DNA of 64,000 bases from Candidatus Poribacteria bacterium. Its GTDB lineage: Bacteria > Poribacteria > WGA-4E > WGA-3G. The DNA lies in NCBI GenBank assembly GCA_965214095.1, contig OZ243938.1, positions 1,536,001 to 1,600,000 on the forward strand, in the 5' to 3' direction. Every line of letters starts with the position of its first letter. The stretch's first letter is position 1. The position numbers and the translations under genes are program-made. The notes under the pieces are model-generated. The model saw only the letters and a list, made by a program, of their open reading frames with translations, ran no database searches and was not told the origin of the DNA. Positions 19,517 through 28,803 of this stretch are shown one piece after another.

Positions 19517-20032
19517 TTATGAGTTAGTACGTATCTCTTCTGCTGCTTGTAGAACGGCTTCAAGAATCTTTGTATATCCAGTGCACCGGCAGATGTTGCC
19601 ACCAAGTGCAAACCTGAATTCTTCTTCAGTCCGATTTGGATTTTCGTCTACGAGTGCTTTTGATGCCATGATAAAACCGGGTGTGCAAAATCCGCACTGG
19701 TAACCACCGGTATCAATAAATGCTTGTTGAATAGGATGGAGTTCACCTTCGCTGGCTAAACCTTCAATAGTAGTGATTTCTTTTCCAGAGGCGGTAACGC
19801 CAAGTACCATACAGGATGTGACCGCTTTTCCATCAACGATGACGGTGCAGGCACCGCAATCTCCCGTGCTACATCCTTCTTTAGTTCCTGTCAAACCGAT
19901 TGTATCGCGAAGCACTGCAAGTAGCGTTTTGCGAGGTTCAACCAGCAAATCGTGTTCATCTCCATTAACTTTTAGACTGACAGGGTGTTTTGGCGAAGCT
20001 TGCAAGCCAAAACTTGTATTAGATCGTGACAT
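19517..20032 (-). CDS. xanthine dehydrogenase-family 2x[2Fe-2S] small subunit (set 1)
   Basis: GTKEGCSTGDCGACT..C, QCGFCTPG, CRCTGY; AGGAG RBS before MSRSN. Confidence 0.94.
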   Translation of the reverse strand: MSRSNTSFGLQASPKHPVSLKVNGDEHDLLVEPRKTLLAVLRDTIGLTGTKEGCSTGDCGACTVIVDGKAVTSCMVLGVTASGKEITTIEGLASEGELHPIQQAFIDTGGYQCGFCTPGFIMASKALVDENPNRTEEEFRFALGGNICRCTGYTKILEAVLQAAEEIRTNS

Positions 20033-20093
20033 TTCTTCTCCTTGTTTCATAGTTACGATATAAAGAGGTTGCTAAGATACAAATGCAATTTCC

Positions 20094-20942
20094 TTATGCT
20101 CTATCTATAGCGAGTTGTAGGGTTCGTCTTGTAAGGACATTAACCATTTCCTTGCGGTGTTCAGCGGAGCAGCGTAGATCGGATATTGGACTGGTTGCGG
20201 CTGCGGCTGCTTCACCTGCTTGATCCAGAAGTTCAGATGTGATTTCTTTACCTTTTAGGAGATCTTCCGCTTCAGTCGCTCGGATAGGAGTAGGAGCAAC
20301 AGCGGCGAGTCCAATTCGTGCCTCAGTAATCGTTCCGTTGTCTATATTGACTGCGGATGCCACACCGATGAATGCCAAGTCCATGACTTCACGGATTTTA
20401 TGCTTGATATAGTGGGAACCAGATGCAGGACTCGGTAGACGGAATTGTGTAATGATCTCACCGGGTTTTAGGACAGTTTGTCCGGGGCCTGTGAAAAGTT
20501 CATTGATAGGTACTGAGCGTTCTCCATCCGTACTTGCGATGTCAACCTGTGCATCAGCAACGAGTAGACCAGCAACTGTATCTGCTGCAGGAGATGCATG
20601 CGCGATATTTCCTCCGATAGTTGCGAGGTTCCGAATCTGAATGGATCCAATTTCCGACGCGCCTTCTGCTAATGCTGTGTGGTGTTTTTGGACATCATCG
20701 GACAATTCAACATCACGCACTTTTGTCATCGCCCCGATAGTGATACTACCATCTGAATCGGTTGTTATGTCATTGAGCCCTTGGATTTTCTGTAGGCTAA
20801 TTACGGATTGCGGTGTTTCGGTATATGCCTTCATGCCGATAACAAGGTCTGTTCCGCCTGCAAGGAGTTGTGCGTGTTCTTCTGCAAACAAACGAGACGC
20901 TTCCGCGAGGGTGGTCGGTTCAAAATATTCAAAACTTTTCAC
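20094..20942 (-). CDS. xanthine dehydrogenase-family FAD-binding medium subunit (set 1)
   Basis: AGGTDL, QIRNLATIGGN, ASPAAD, PISDLR motifs. Confidence 0.94.
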   Translation of the reverse strand: MKSFEYFEPTTLAEASRLFAEEHAQLLAGGTDLVIGMKAYTETPQSVISLQKIQGLNDITTDSDGSITIGAMTKVRDVELSDDVQKHHTALAEGASEIGSIQIRNLATIGGNIAHASPAADTVAGLLVADAQVDIASTDGERSVPINELFTGPGQTVLKPGEIITQFRLPSPASGSHYIKHKIREVMDLAFIGVASAVNIDNGTITEARIGLAAVAPTPIRATEAEDLLKGKEITSELLDQAGEAAAAATSPISDLRCSAEHRKEMVNVLTRRTLQLAIDRA

Positions 20943-21126
20943 ATCTGTTCCTCCGTTTCATTTATTATTTAACGACAATAGATCTCATGTTTTCTTACTT
21001 ATAAGGATACCCAATTACAGCACAATTGTCAACCTAAATCCTGGTCTATAAAGTTTATGTATCGCAACTGAAAGAATATATTATCACCCTTCTGAGATCA
21101 TATTTTGCATTAACCCATTTTAAATA

Positions 21127-21645
21127 TTAACCCATTTCAAATATAGTAAAGATAGGAATATTCCCTGTTTTTTCTCGTCCATTAAGTTCCGGTAGTTCAA
21201 TTAAGAGGGCAATACCTACAATGTCTCCTTCCAATTTTTCTACAAGCTCTATTGTTGCAGCAAGTGTACCACCGGTAGCCAAGAGATCATCACATACAAG
21301 CACACGACTTCCTTTTGGAAAAGCATCTTGATGAATAGTGAGTGTATCATTACCGTATTCAAGTTCGTAGGTCACTTGATATGTGTGGTATGGTAGCTTT
21401 CCCTCTTTACGAACAGGAGCAAAGGCTGCCCCCATGCGGTACGCAAGTGCCGAAGCAAAAATGAATCCCCTTGCTTCGGGACCTACAATTACGTCAATTT
21501 CCTCATGTTTGTAATGGTCTGCGTATACCTCAATTACTGCATTGAAGACAGCGGCATTTCCTAAAAGCGGGGTAATGTCTTTAAATATAATACCTGGTTT
21601 TGGATAATCTGGTATATATCGGATAAACTTGGATAAACCTTCCAT
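21127..21645 (-). CDS. apt: adenine phosphoribosyltransferase
   Basis: PDYPKPGIIFKDITP, EARGFIF, RKEGKLP, YELEYG, DDLLATGGT. Confidence 0.96.
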   Translation of the reverse strand: MEGLSKFIRYIPDYPKPGIIFKDITPLLGNAAVFNAVIEVYADHYKHEEIDVIVGPEARGFIFASALAYRMGAAFAPVRKEGKLPYHTYQVTYELEYGNDTLTIHQDAFPKGSRVLVCDDLLATGGTLAATIELVEKLEGDIVGIALLIELPELNGREKTGNIPIFTIFEMG

Positions 21646-21674
21646 AGTGTAAAAATACTCCTATAAATGGATAT

Positions 21675-22928
21675 TTACATTCCAGAAGGTGTAGGCCATC
21701 CGGGTGTCGGTTCGGTACGGAGTGCTTCTATTTCATACAACTCTTCCACGCTAATTTCACGTTTCAGTTTTGCAGATAGGAGCGCACCGCTCATAATCTC
21801 TGTTGTTTTCAAACCGACATCACCATTGCTAACGGGTTGTGCATCACTGTTGCAGGCATCAAGAAAGTCACGAAACTTATCGGGGAAACTCCTATCAGGA
21901 AGTTCTAACGGTGTTTCTTTAAGGTTACCTTGGTATCGTCTACGATTACCTTTATCGTCTGTTTCCCATTTTCCTTTTTCAAGGAAGAGTTTATCTCCAC
22001 TGAACGACCCTTTAGAGCCGAAGATGAAAATGCCTTGGGGTTGTCCTGCCATGTTGCTTGACCAACCGTGTTCATAAGTAAACGACATACCGTTTGTAAA
22101 TCGGACAAATACTGATACGAATTCCTCAACATCGTTAATCTCTTCACCGGTATATTCTGGAGGCATGCCACGATATGCGATACCACTGATTGTGGCGGGT
22201 TGTGGTGAACCGAGCAGATAGATTGAACGGTTGATGTCGTAGACACCGGTGTCATAGGTCGTACCACCGCCGCTGTAAGCTGAGTTTAGGAACCATTTGC
22301 CGAAACCGAACATGTCAACATTGGGTCTGCCACGGAGACGGTAACTGGTAAGTCTACCATAGTGGACATCACCGATTTTTCCAGAGGTGACATACTCGCG
22401 GATTGCATAACTCGTTTTGTTGAGACATGTGCCACCGCTCTGATATGCAAGTTTCACACCTGCTTTGTCAGTTGCATCGCGCATGTTTCTTGCTTCTGTT
22501 GCTGTGCGTGCCATCGGTTTTTCACAGAAGACATGGAGACCTGCTTTGGCTGCTGCCACTGTGGGTGCTTCATGAACGAATGGAGGGGTAGCAAGACTGA
22601 CTGCGTCTAAATCACACTCCTTTATCATCTCATTGAAGTCATTGTATATTTTTACACCGTTGTCTTTATATTCTGTCCAACGTGCTGCGTTCTCTTTCAA
22701 ATGTTCTTTCGCTTCAGCGGAATCCGATTTTTTTGCTTCCTCTGTTGCCGAGTTAGCACGACCTTCTGCACCTGAAAGCACCTCTGCAGCTCTACGTTGT
22801 GCGTTTGCATCCACCGTATCGCATACTGCAACGATTTCTGCATGTCGTGGATGGGCAAGATAACCGTTGACGTGTGAACCGGATATCATGCCGCAACCGA
22901 TTAGTCCTATTCTGATCCTTTTTGCCAT
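21675..22928 (-). CDS. Gfo/Idh/MocA family oxidoreductase with helical insertion
   Basis: GLIGCGMIS, ATPPFVH, HVFCEKPMA, SGGGTTYDTGVY. Confidence 0.9.
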   Translation of the reverse strand: MAKRIRIGLIGCGMISGSHVNGYLAHPRHAEIVAVCDTVDANAQRRAAEVLSGAEGRANSATEEAKKSDSAEAKEHLKENAARWTEYKDNGVKIYNDFNEMIKECDLDAVSLATPPFVHEAPTVAAAKAGLHVFCEKPMARTATEARNMRDATDKAGVKLAYQSGGTCLNKTSYAIREYVTSGKIGDVHYGRLTSYRLRGRPNVDMFGFGKWFLNSAYSGGGTTYDTGVYDINRSIYLLGSPQPATISGIAYRGMPPEYTGEEINDVEEFVSVFVRFTNGMSFTYEHGWSSNMAGQPQGIFIFGSKGSFSGDKLFLEKGKWETDDKGNRRRYQGNLKETPLELPDRSFPDKFRDFLDACNSDAQPVSNGDVGLKTTEIMSGALLSAKLKREISVEELYEIEALRTEPTPGWPTPSGM

Positions 22929-22970
22929 TCTAATGCTCCTTAGTAAATTCTGATGTATCCTTTAATTATA

Positions 22971-23244
22971 CTATAGTTTGGACAGTTTTTTGAGGACTTG
23001 AACAGTGCTCTGGACAAGGAGCATCACAGTCATCGGACCTATTTCTTGAATGATACACCTGTCGCCCCGCTGGGGCTTGCATTGGTCGGGGCACAGTTTT
23101 CTATACACATTCCGCCCCGCTGGGGCTGCTCATTTTGATATTTTCACACTTTTTCATCAAAGTATTATCCTATCCAAAACTCACAATATATTGCAAATGC
23201 CAGCAATATCAGTGTGTAACCAAGAGAAATTGTCCAAACTATAG
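22971..23244. mobile_element. MITE (274 bp) with 14-bp terminal inverted repeats and 8-bp target-site duplication
   Basis: CTATAGTTTGGACA (22971-22984) / TGTCCAAACTATAG (23231-23244); TAATTATA on both sides (22963-22970, 23245-23252). Confidence 0.85.
23063..23127. repeat. REP-like doublet CGCCCCGCTGGGGCT x2
   Basis: Identical 15-mers at 23063-23077 and 23113-23127, each a GCCCC-N3-GGGGC hairpin. Confidence 0.8.
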
Positions 23245-23391
23245 TAATTATAGATGTATTATTCTTTTTGTCAAGAAATAGTTAAAGTCCAGATGTGTAG
23301 AGTCTTTGTCAAGACATCTCAATAACCGTTTCTTGTAAATTTTGGTTAATTTTGATAATCTATTATTCAACAGAACAATGAATTTTGGAGA

Positions 23392-24234
23392 ATGTTAATG
23401 TTTACTATTCAGTCCACTTTAACCGAAGAGGAAAAGTGGTCCTTTGATTTACATGGATTCCTCGTTTTGCGGAATGTCCTCTCAAGAGATCAAATTGATG
23501 AGATGTTAGCTGTGCTGCAGCATTGGCTAACAATAGATGAATCAGACATCCCACAACCATTACACCGTGGCAGACAAGAACCGTGTAAAACACATATAAA
23601 CCATATACAATATGGACATCGTCTGTTTCAAGACCTTGCCATGAACTCACATATTATTCGAGTTGTAGCAGGATTAATGATGAACGCACCGCGTCTCTTT
23701 CATAACAATTTCACGATGATGACAAGGCACGATTTTCCTCAACATTTTCATCGTGATGATAGCGGGTTTAAGTTTCCACCGGATTTCAGCAATCCGCATA
23801 ACGATTATCAAGCAGGTGGAGGACATATCTATTGTAACCATATTGCAACATGGGTGGCATTGGTGGATGTGCCAGAGGAAACAGGATTTTGCCTTGTCCC
23901 CGGCAGTCATAAATCTCAATTTCAAACGCCAGAAGGTTTACCTGTCAAACACGATCCACCTACCTCAATCACGTTACCGATGCAGGCGGGAGATGTTGCC
24001 ATTTTTTCAACGAACCTGCTCCATGATGCAAGCCCGTGGACAGAGGATTATCCTCGTATGAACATATTTCAACGGTATCAGTTGAGTGTGTATTTCAATG
24101 AAGGTGGAAAGGGAGGGTATCCGTTTGATGAATATCGTAATCAGATTTGTGAGGAACAGTATGAACTGGAATCGTTTTCTAAAGAACTGAAGGCAGTTGT
24201 TAAACGCATTTTACCAAATAGAGGTGGTGAATGA
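23392..24234 (+). CDS. phytanoyl-CoA dioxygenase (PhyH)-family Fe(II)/2OG oxygenase
   Basis: FDLHGFLVLRNVL, FHRD (HxD), VPGSHKS, AGDVAIF..LLH. Confidence 0.88.
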   Translation: MLMFTIQSTLTEEEKWSFDLHGFLVLRNVLSRDQIDEMLAVLQHWLTIDESDIPQPLHRGRQEPCKTHINHIQYGHRLFQDLAMNSHIIRVVAGLMMNAPRLFHNNFTMMTRHDFPQHFHRDDSGFKFPPDFSNPHNDYQAGGGHIYCNHIATWVALVDVPEETGFCLVPGSHKSQFQTPEGLPVKHDPPTSITLPMQAGDVAIFSTNLLHDASPWTEDYPRMNIFQRYQLSVYFNEGGKGGYPFDEYRNQICEEQYELESFSKELKAVVKRILPNRGGE

Positions 24235-24995
24235 AACTAAAGAATCAGGTATGTATTATTACAGGTGGTGGTAGTGGCATTGGTCGTGATGCAGCCATCA
24301 AAATGGCACAGGAAGGTGCTAAGGTTGTGATTATTGGGAGAACAGAGTCTAAGTTAGATGCTGTCAAAACAGAAGTAGAAACTGTAGGAGGAATAGCGGT
24401 AAGTTGTACGCTTGATGTATCTGACTACGATGCAGTTCTACAGATGGCAAACGATGTGCATGACAACTTTGGAAAGATTGATATCCTTGTGAACAATGCT
24501 GGACACAGTTCACACAATCGTAGACTCCTCAATACGACACCTGAGGAGGTGCGTTCAGTCGTTGATTCAAATCTGATTGGGACATTTTTCTGCACACAAG
24601 CGGTTGTGCCTGCAATGCTGAAAGCAAAATCGGGAACAATTATCAATATATCTTCGCTTGCGGCGGTCACGCCGGGTCCTTTTAGTGGCTTCGCTTACGG
24701 CGCGGCAAAAGCAGGAGTGATAAACTTCACCGAGTTTCTTAACAACGATTTGAGGAATACAGGCATTAGGGCAAGTGTGATAATTCCTGGAGAGGTAGCA
24801 ACACCTATTTTGGATAACCGTCCAATTCCACCAGATGATGATGCACGTACAATGATGGTAGATGTCGCAGAAACATCAGAGGCAATACTGCTCATTGCAA
24901 CTCTACCACCACGGAGTAACATACCGGAATTGGTGATCCGTCCTACAATGCACCGTGATATGGCGGGGGAAGTCGTTGAATTAGATGAACAATAA
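24231..24995 (+). CDS. short-chain dehydrogenase/reductase
   Basis: TGGGSGIG, NNAG, YGAAK; ATGA overlap with upstream gene. Confidence 0.93.
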   Translation: MKLKNQVCIITGGGSGIGRDAAIKMAQEGAKVVIIGRTESKLDAVKTEVETVGGIAVSCTLDVSDYDAVLQMANDVHDNFGKIDILVNNAGHSSHNRRLLNTTPEEVRSVVDSNLIGTFFCTQAVVPAMLKAKSGTIINISSLAAVTPGPFSGFAYGAAKAGVINFTEFLNNDLRNTGIRASVIIPGEVATPILDNRPIPPDDDARTMMVDVAETSEAILLIATLPPRSNIPELVIRPTMHRDMAGEVVELDEQ

Positions 24996-24996
24996 C

Positions 24997-26136
24997 TTAA
25001 GGTTTGTATATGGTTGTTTCAGGATAGAAACGTGCCCAAGCAAACCAGTAGATGTTGACAGAGGATAGCCGTTGTAAACGTTTCCCCTTGTGTTTACCTG
25101 ATGTCGCTTTACCAGTAATGAGATTCCATTCTGTACCGGAGTTATCTTTAGCGAAATGACCATCCGTGGATGTAAAAAGTATCACTTTATTGTCTACTAT
25201 ACGCCTAAAAACAGAGGTTGCAAACGACTCTTTGTCGTGAAAAATTAACAAAGGCACACCGTTGACTGTATCGTTGAGTATAGCGGTTTTCGCAAATTGT
25301 GTAAGCGGATAAGCACTATACTGTGTTTTATAATGGGCAACTGCACCAGGAGCACCATCTTGTCCATCAGCACCATCTTGTCCATCAGCACCATCTTGTC
25401 CATCAGCACCTGCCGCTCCATCTAATCCGTCCTCACCATGTTTTCGTTGGACTTGGACTCCGATCACAAGGGATTTATTAGGAAGTCTTTTATCGGTATA
25501 TTTCATGCCACTTACACCAGTGTCTCGGCTGGCGTGATACCTTTGATATGTATCATGACTCAGACTTTCAACCATACGTCCCCTAAATGGAATTGAAAGA
25601 ACTTTCGTATCAGGGTAATTTGTCATCCACTTATTCCACTCAATTTGTGGCATAGAAGCAAGAGGTTTTAATTGTTTGCCTTTCAACGGTCCCTGTATCG
25701 CTTTTCCAGTGATGTGTGACCAGAGGGAACGCGTTTGATGATCGTACATTAACAGTGAATCTCTCCATAATTTTCCACTGACACCGAAGGTATAGGTTTC
25801 TCCTTCCAGTTCCCGACTATACACGATAGCCGTATTGCAAAGTGGTCACCATGTGGTAGCGATTTTCTCTCCACCGACAACATCGTTGACAATCTCATGT
25901 CCGTTCAGTAGATAGATTGAGTATGCATGGCTCTCATCGTTGAATGTTACACCGATGACCGGTGCATCCATGTCTAATTTTGCTTTGGCAGCTGGTACGA
26001 ACTGTGGTTTTATGATTGCGGGGATTGCATCAAAACGGAGTAGGGTTTTGATCGGATCGTTGTCATATTCTGCTGCGGTTGCACAAAGGGTGGCGGAGCA
26101 TAAAAGCGTGAGAATAAGGGTGTAATGTTTCATCAT
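24997..26136 (-). CDS. DUF3179-family secreted protein, probable selenoprotein (in-frame UGA at 25846-25848)
   Basis: The two track ORFs are in the same frame, separated only by TGA: ..IATTW-TGA-PLCNTAIVY..; DAIPAI, HEIVND, FGVSGKL..LLMYD..T.SLWS, YWFAW..FYP motifs; signal peptide. Confidence 0.85.
25351..25410. repeat. 18-bp tandem repeat x3.3 encoding collagen-like GADGQD
   Basis: AGCACCATCTTGTCCATC at 25351, 25369 and 25387. Confidence 0.95.
25814..25832 (-). promoter_or_regulatory. candidate bacterial SECIS hairpin
   Basis: mRNA CGGCUAU-CGUGU-AUAGUCG (7-bp stem, G-containing loop) beginning 13 nt after the UGA. Confidence 0.6.
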
Positions 26137-26240
26137 CTTTCCTTGCTTTTCCAATGAGAATGTGTTATAAAATTCTTGTCTAACTGGATAGAATTATACA
26201 CCAATAAACGTAGGATAACAAATCAAAACAGTAGGAAATA

Positions 26241-26300
26241 ATGGAACCACCAAAAGCATTTGCCTCATATTCACATGATTCTGATGAACACAAACAGTAG
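26241..26300 (+). pseudogene. N-terminal remnant of a SEFIR/TIR-domain gene
   Basis: AGGA RBS then MEPPKAFASYSHDSDEHKQ*, matching the PKVFISYSHDS..HK.WV start of SEFIR/TIR domains with TAG in place of the Trp codon. Confidence 0.65.
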
Positions 26301-26318
26301 ATGCTAACAAAATAATCT

Positions 26319-26617
26319 CCATAGGCATCAATTTAGGAGGGATTACGCTATAATCCCAGGTCGGTAGGTTCGGTTTCCTAACCGAACCATAGGCGTCAAT
26401 TTAAGAGAATTACGCTATAATTCCAGGCTGGTAGGTTCGGTTTCCTAACCGAACCGGATCTTCCGCGAGAACCGTCTATCAAAGATTTTGGCACAAAGCC
26501 GGTTCGGTTAGGAAACCGAACCTACCGGTACTTGGAAGGATGCTAAATTGACGCTTATGGTTCGGTTTCCTAACCGAACCTACCGACCCTGGAAAGACGC
26601 TAAATTGACATCCATGG
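26319..26617. mobile_element. outer MITE with 17-bp target-site duplication
   Basis: Ends CCATAGGCATCAATTTAG / CTAAATTGACATCCATGG; TGCTAACAAAATAATCT at 26302-26318 and 26618-26634. Confidence 0.85.
26387..26560. mobile_element. inner MITE of the same family with 18-bp target-site duplication, carrying an inverted GTAG-REP pair
   Basis: Ends CCATAGGCGTCAATTTA / TAAATTGACGCTTATGG; TTCGGTTTCCTAACCGAA at 26369-26386 and 26561-26578. Confidence 0.85.
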
Positions 26618-26709
26618 TGCTAACAAAATAATCTCTTATACTCCATTCACAACGTTGGCATCTTTGTAGTCACCGCTTAGCACATCAATCGGTTGCGGCT
26701 TAGTAATAA

Positions 26710-26991
26710 TTATCTGACACGTTTTCCTTTTATCTGAGCCAAAGCCATGAGAGCTTCAATCCGTTTCAGGTTACGAATTTCCAATTGATGCAACAACGTA
26801 TGATACTCGGAAAGTTCATCTTCGCTTATAGTTTGATTTTTACACTTGTGCAACAGATCCTGATAACGTATCTGATCTTTTTCCGGTAATCGTGAATTTT
26901 CTTGAATGATCTCTAACAAGATGCTTTCCTGATTGGTATCCTGTGCTGAAGTCAATTCTTTGTTATAATTCTGTGATTTTGTATGTTTCAT
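26710..26991 (-). CDS. small helical conserved hypothetical protein (antitoxin-like)
   Basis: LPEKDQIRYQDLL..K..ISEDE..EY..L..QLE..N..RIEAL..LAQ pattern resembles small accessory proteins; family recalled, not verified. Confidence 0.6.
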   Translation of the reverse strand: MKHTKSQNYNKELTSAQDTNQESILLEIIQENSRLPEKDQIRYQDLLHKCKNQTISEDELSEYHTLLHQLEIRNLKRIEALMALAQIKGKRVR

Positions 26992-27300
26992 TTGCTTCCA
27001 TCCTTCGCTGACAGTTCCGGTGAAAATTACGACGGTAACTGTCTGTGTGCGGGTATCAACCTATATTTTGACATACCTTTTTCGTTTAAGTATCGTAAAG
27101 CATTCGATTAGATCATTGTTGAAATAAGAGAAGTTGTATTTAGAGTTTATGCCACTAAACGTTAATAGTGCAGTAAGCGTTTACACTACCTTAAAGCAGA
27201 CACAAACCATAAGACGCGAGTTGCTTTCATTGAAATTATACTATAGGAAACGCAAGGATTAACTAAACTCATGTTGGTATGCTGGTTTCTAACAAAATAC

Positions 27301-27328
27301 TTGCATCTTTTCGTATTTATGATATAAT
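27301..27328 (+). promoter_or_regulatory. sigma70-type promoter for XDH set 2
   Basis: TTGCAT-N16-TATAAT with TGn extended -10. Confidence 0.55.
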
Positions 27329-27381
27329 CTGAATCAAAATATTAGTTTATCCAATATCATATTGAGAGGAGATTGTTGCCT

Positions 27382-28260
27382 ATGCAAGCATTTGAGTATA
27401 TTGATGCTAAAACAGTATCAGAAGCCGTAGCATTGCTTAATGAAAAAGGGGACAAAGCCCGATTACTCGCTGGTGGCACAGATCTTATTGTGCAAGCACG
27501 GGAGGGTAGAAGAGAACTTGATTGGATGATAGACATAAAATCCATTGCTGAAGTCAATGAGTTAGCCTATGATTCAGAGACAGGACTTACACTCGGTGCA
27601 GCAGTCCCGTGTTATCAGATCTATGCTGTTGATGCGATATGCGAAGCCTATCCCGGTTTAGTCGACGCAACTAAAATTATCGGTGGGACTGCTATACAGG
27701 GACGCGCAGGCGTTGGTGGAAACCTCTGTAACGCTTCACCCGCAGCAGATTGTATTCCTCCACTAATTGTGCTAAATTCCACTTGTGTTATTGCTGGAGC
27801 AAACGGCGAACGTGAAATAGCAGTTGAAGATTTCTGCACAGGTCCCGGTCAGACAGCACTTGAAAAAGGTGAAATGTTGGTCTCTTTAAAAATACCCGCA
27901 CCACCAAAAAATTCAAGCTCATATTATCTTAGATTTATTCCACGGAATGAAATGGACATTGCAGTCGTCGGTGCAGGTGCATCTGTCGTTTTAGATGATG
28001 CGAAACAACGTATTGTCTCCGCACGAATCGCCCTCGGTGCTGTTGCTCCTACTCCATTATTTGCTGAAGAGGCAAGTGCGCTTCTTTCTGACAAAGAGAT
28101 TTCTGATGATGTTATTGACGAAGCCGCACAAGCCGCACAAGCCATTGCACGTCCTATCAGCGATATGCGCGGAACTGCAGAACAACGTGCACACCTCGTT
28201 GGTGTATTGACACGACGCGCACTCAACGGAGCAATCCAAAGAGTCAGAGACGCAGCATAA
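27382..28260 (+). CDS. xanthine dehydrogenase-family FAD-binding medium subunit (set 2)
   Basis: AGGTDL, IQGRAGVGGNLCNASPAAD, PISDMRG. Confidence 0.94.
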   Translation: MQAFEYIDAKTVSEAVALLNEKGDKARLLAGGTDLIVQAREGRRELDWMIDIKSIAEVNELAYDSETGLTLGAAVPCYQIYAVDAICEAYPGLVDATKIIGGTAIQGRAGVGGNLCNASPAADCIPPLIVLNSTCVIAGANGEREIAVEDFCTGPGQTALEKGEMLVSLKIPAPPKNSSSYYLRFIPRNEMDIAVVGAGASVVLDDAKQRIVSARIALGAVAPTPLFAEEASALLSDKEISDDVIDEAAQAAQAIARPISDMRGTAEQRAHLVGVLTRRALNGAIQRVRDAA

Positions 28261-28320
28261 TTCTTAGCGAAATTATAACGGACAATATATAGTATCTAAA
28301 AGTAAAAGGAAACCGATATT

Positions 28321-28791
28321 ATGGCGAGAAGATCACACGTTCAAACCACAATCAATGACGAAACGGTGGAATTTCTCTGTGAACCACGCCAAAGTTTATT
28401 GGAAGTTCTCAGAGATGAACTCCACCTCACTGGGGCAAAAGAGGGGTGTAACAACGGTAATTGTGGTGCATGCAGTGTCATACTTGACGGTAGACTCGTC
28501 AATTCATGCCTGGTTTTAGGTGTTGAGACTGAAGGTAAATCTGTTGAGACCATAGAAGGTCTTGCCGAACCAGAAAAATTGCATCCGATTCAAGATGCCT
28601 TTCTTGAGAACGCCGCACTTCAATGTGGTATATGCACTCCCGGATTTATCATGAGTGCAAAAGCATTATTAGAAAATAACCCAAACCCAACGGAACATGA
28701 AGTCCGATACTGGTTAGCGGGAAATTTGTGCCGCTGCACCGGTTACGATAAGATCGTTCGTGCTGTGCTTGATGCAGCCGCAGCTACATAG
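28321..28791 (+). CDS. xanthine dehydrogenase-family 2x[2Fe-2S] small subunit (set 2)
   Basis: KEGCNNGNCGAC..C, QCGICTPG, CRCTGY. Confidence 0.95.
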   Translation: MARRSHVQTTINDETVEFLCEPRQSLLEVLRDELHLTGAKEGCNNGNCGACSVILDGRLVNSCLVLGVETEGKSVETIEGLAEPEKLHPIQDAFLENAALQCGICTPGFIMSAKALLENNPNPTEHEVRYWLAGNLCRCTGYDKIVRAVLDAAAAT

Positions 28792-28803
28792 AAGGAGTGT
28801 CTT

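Noticed and set aside
24997-26154. Two separate genes or a pseudogene
   Set aside because: Same frame, a single TGA at a conserved Cys position and a SECIS-like hairpin favour selenocysteine read-through
26319-26617. Possible CRISPR array (repeated GGTTCGGTTTCCTAACCGAACC)
   Set aside because: Copies are irregularly spaced, one is inverted, the intervening sequences are related to each other, and no cas genes are present; nested MITEs with REPs explain it fully
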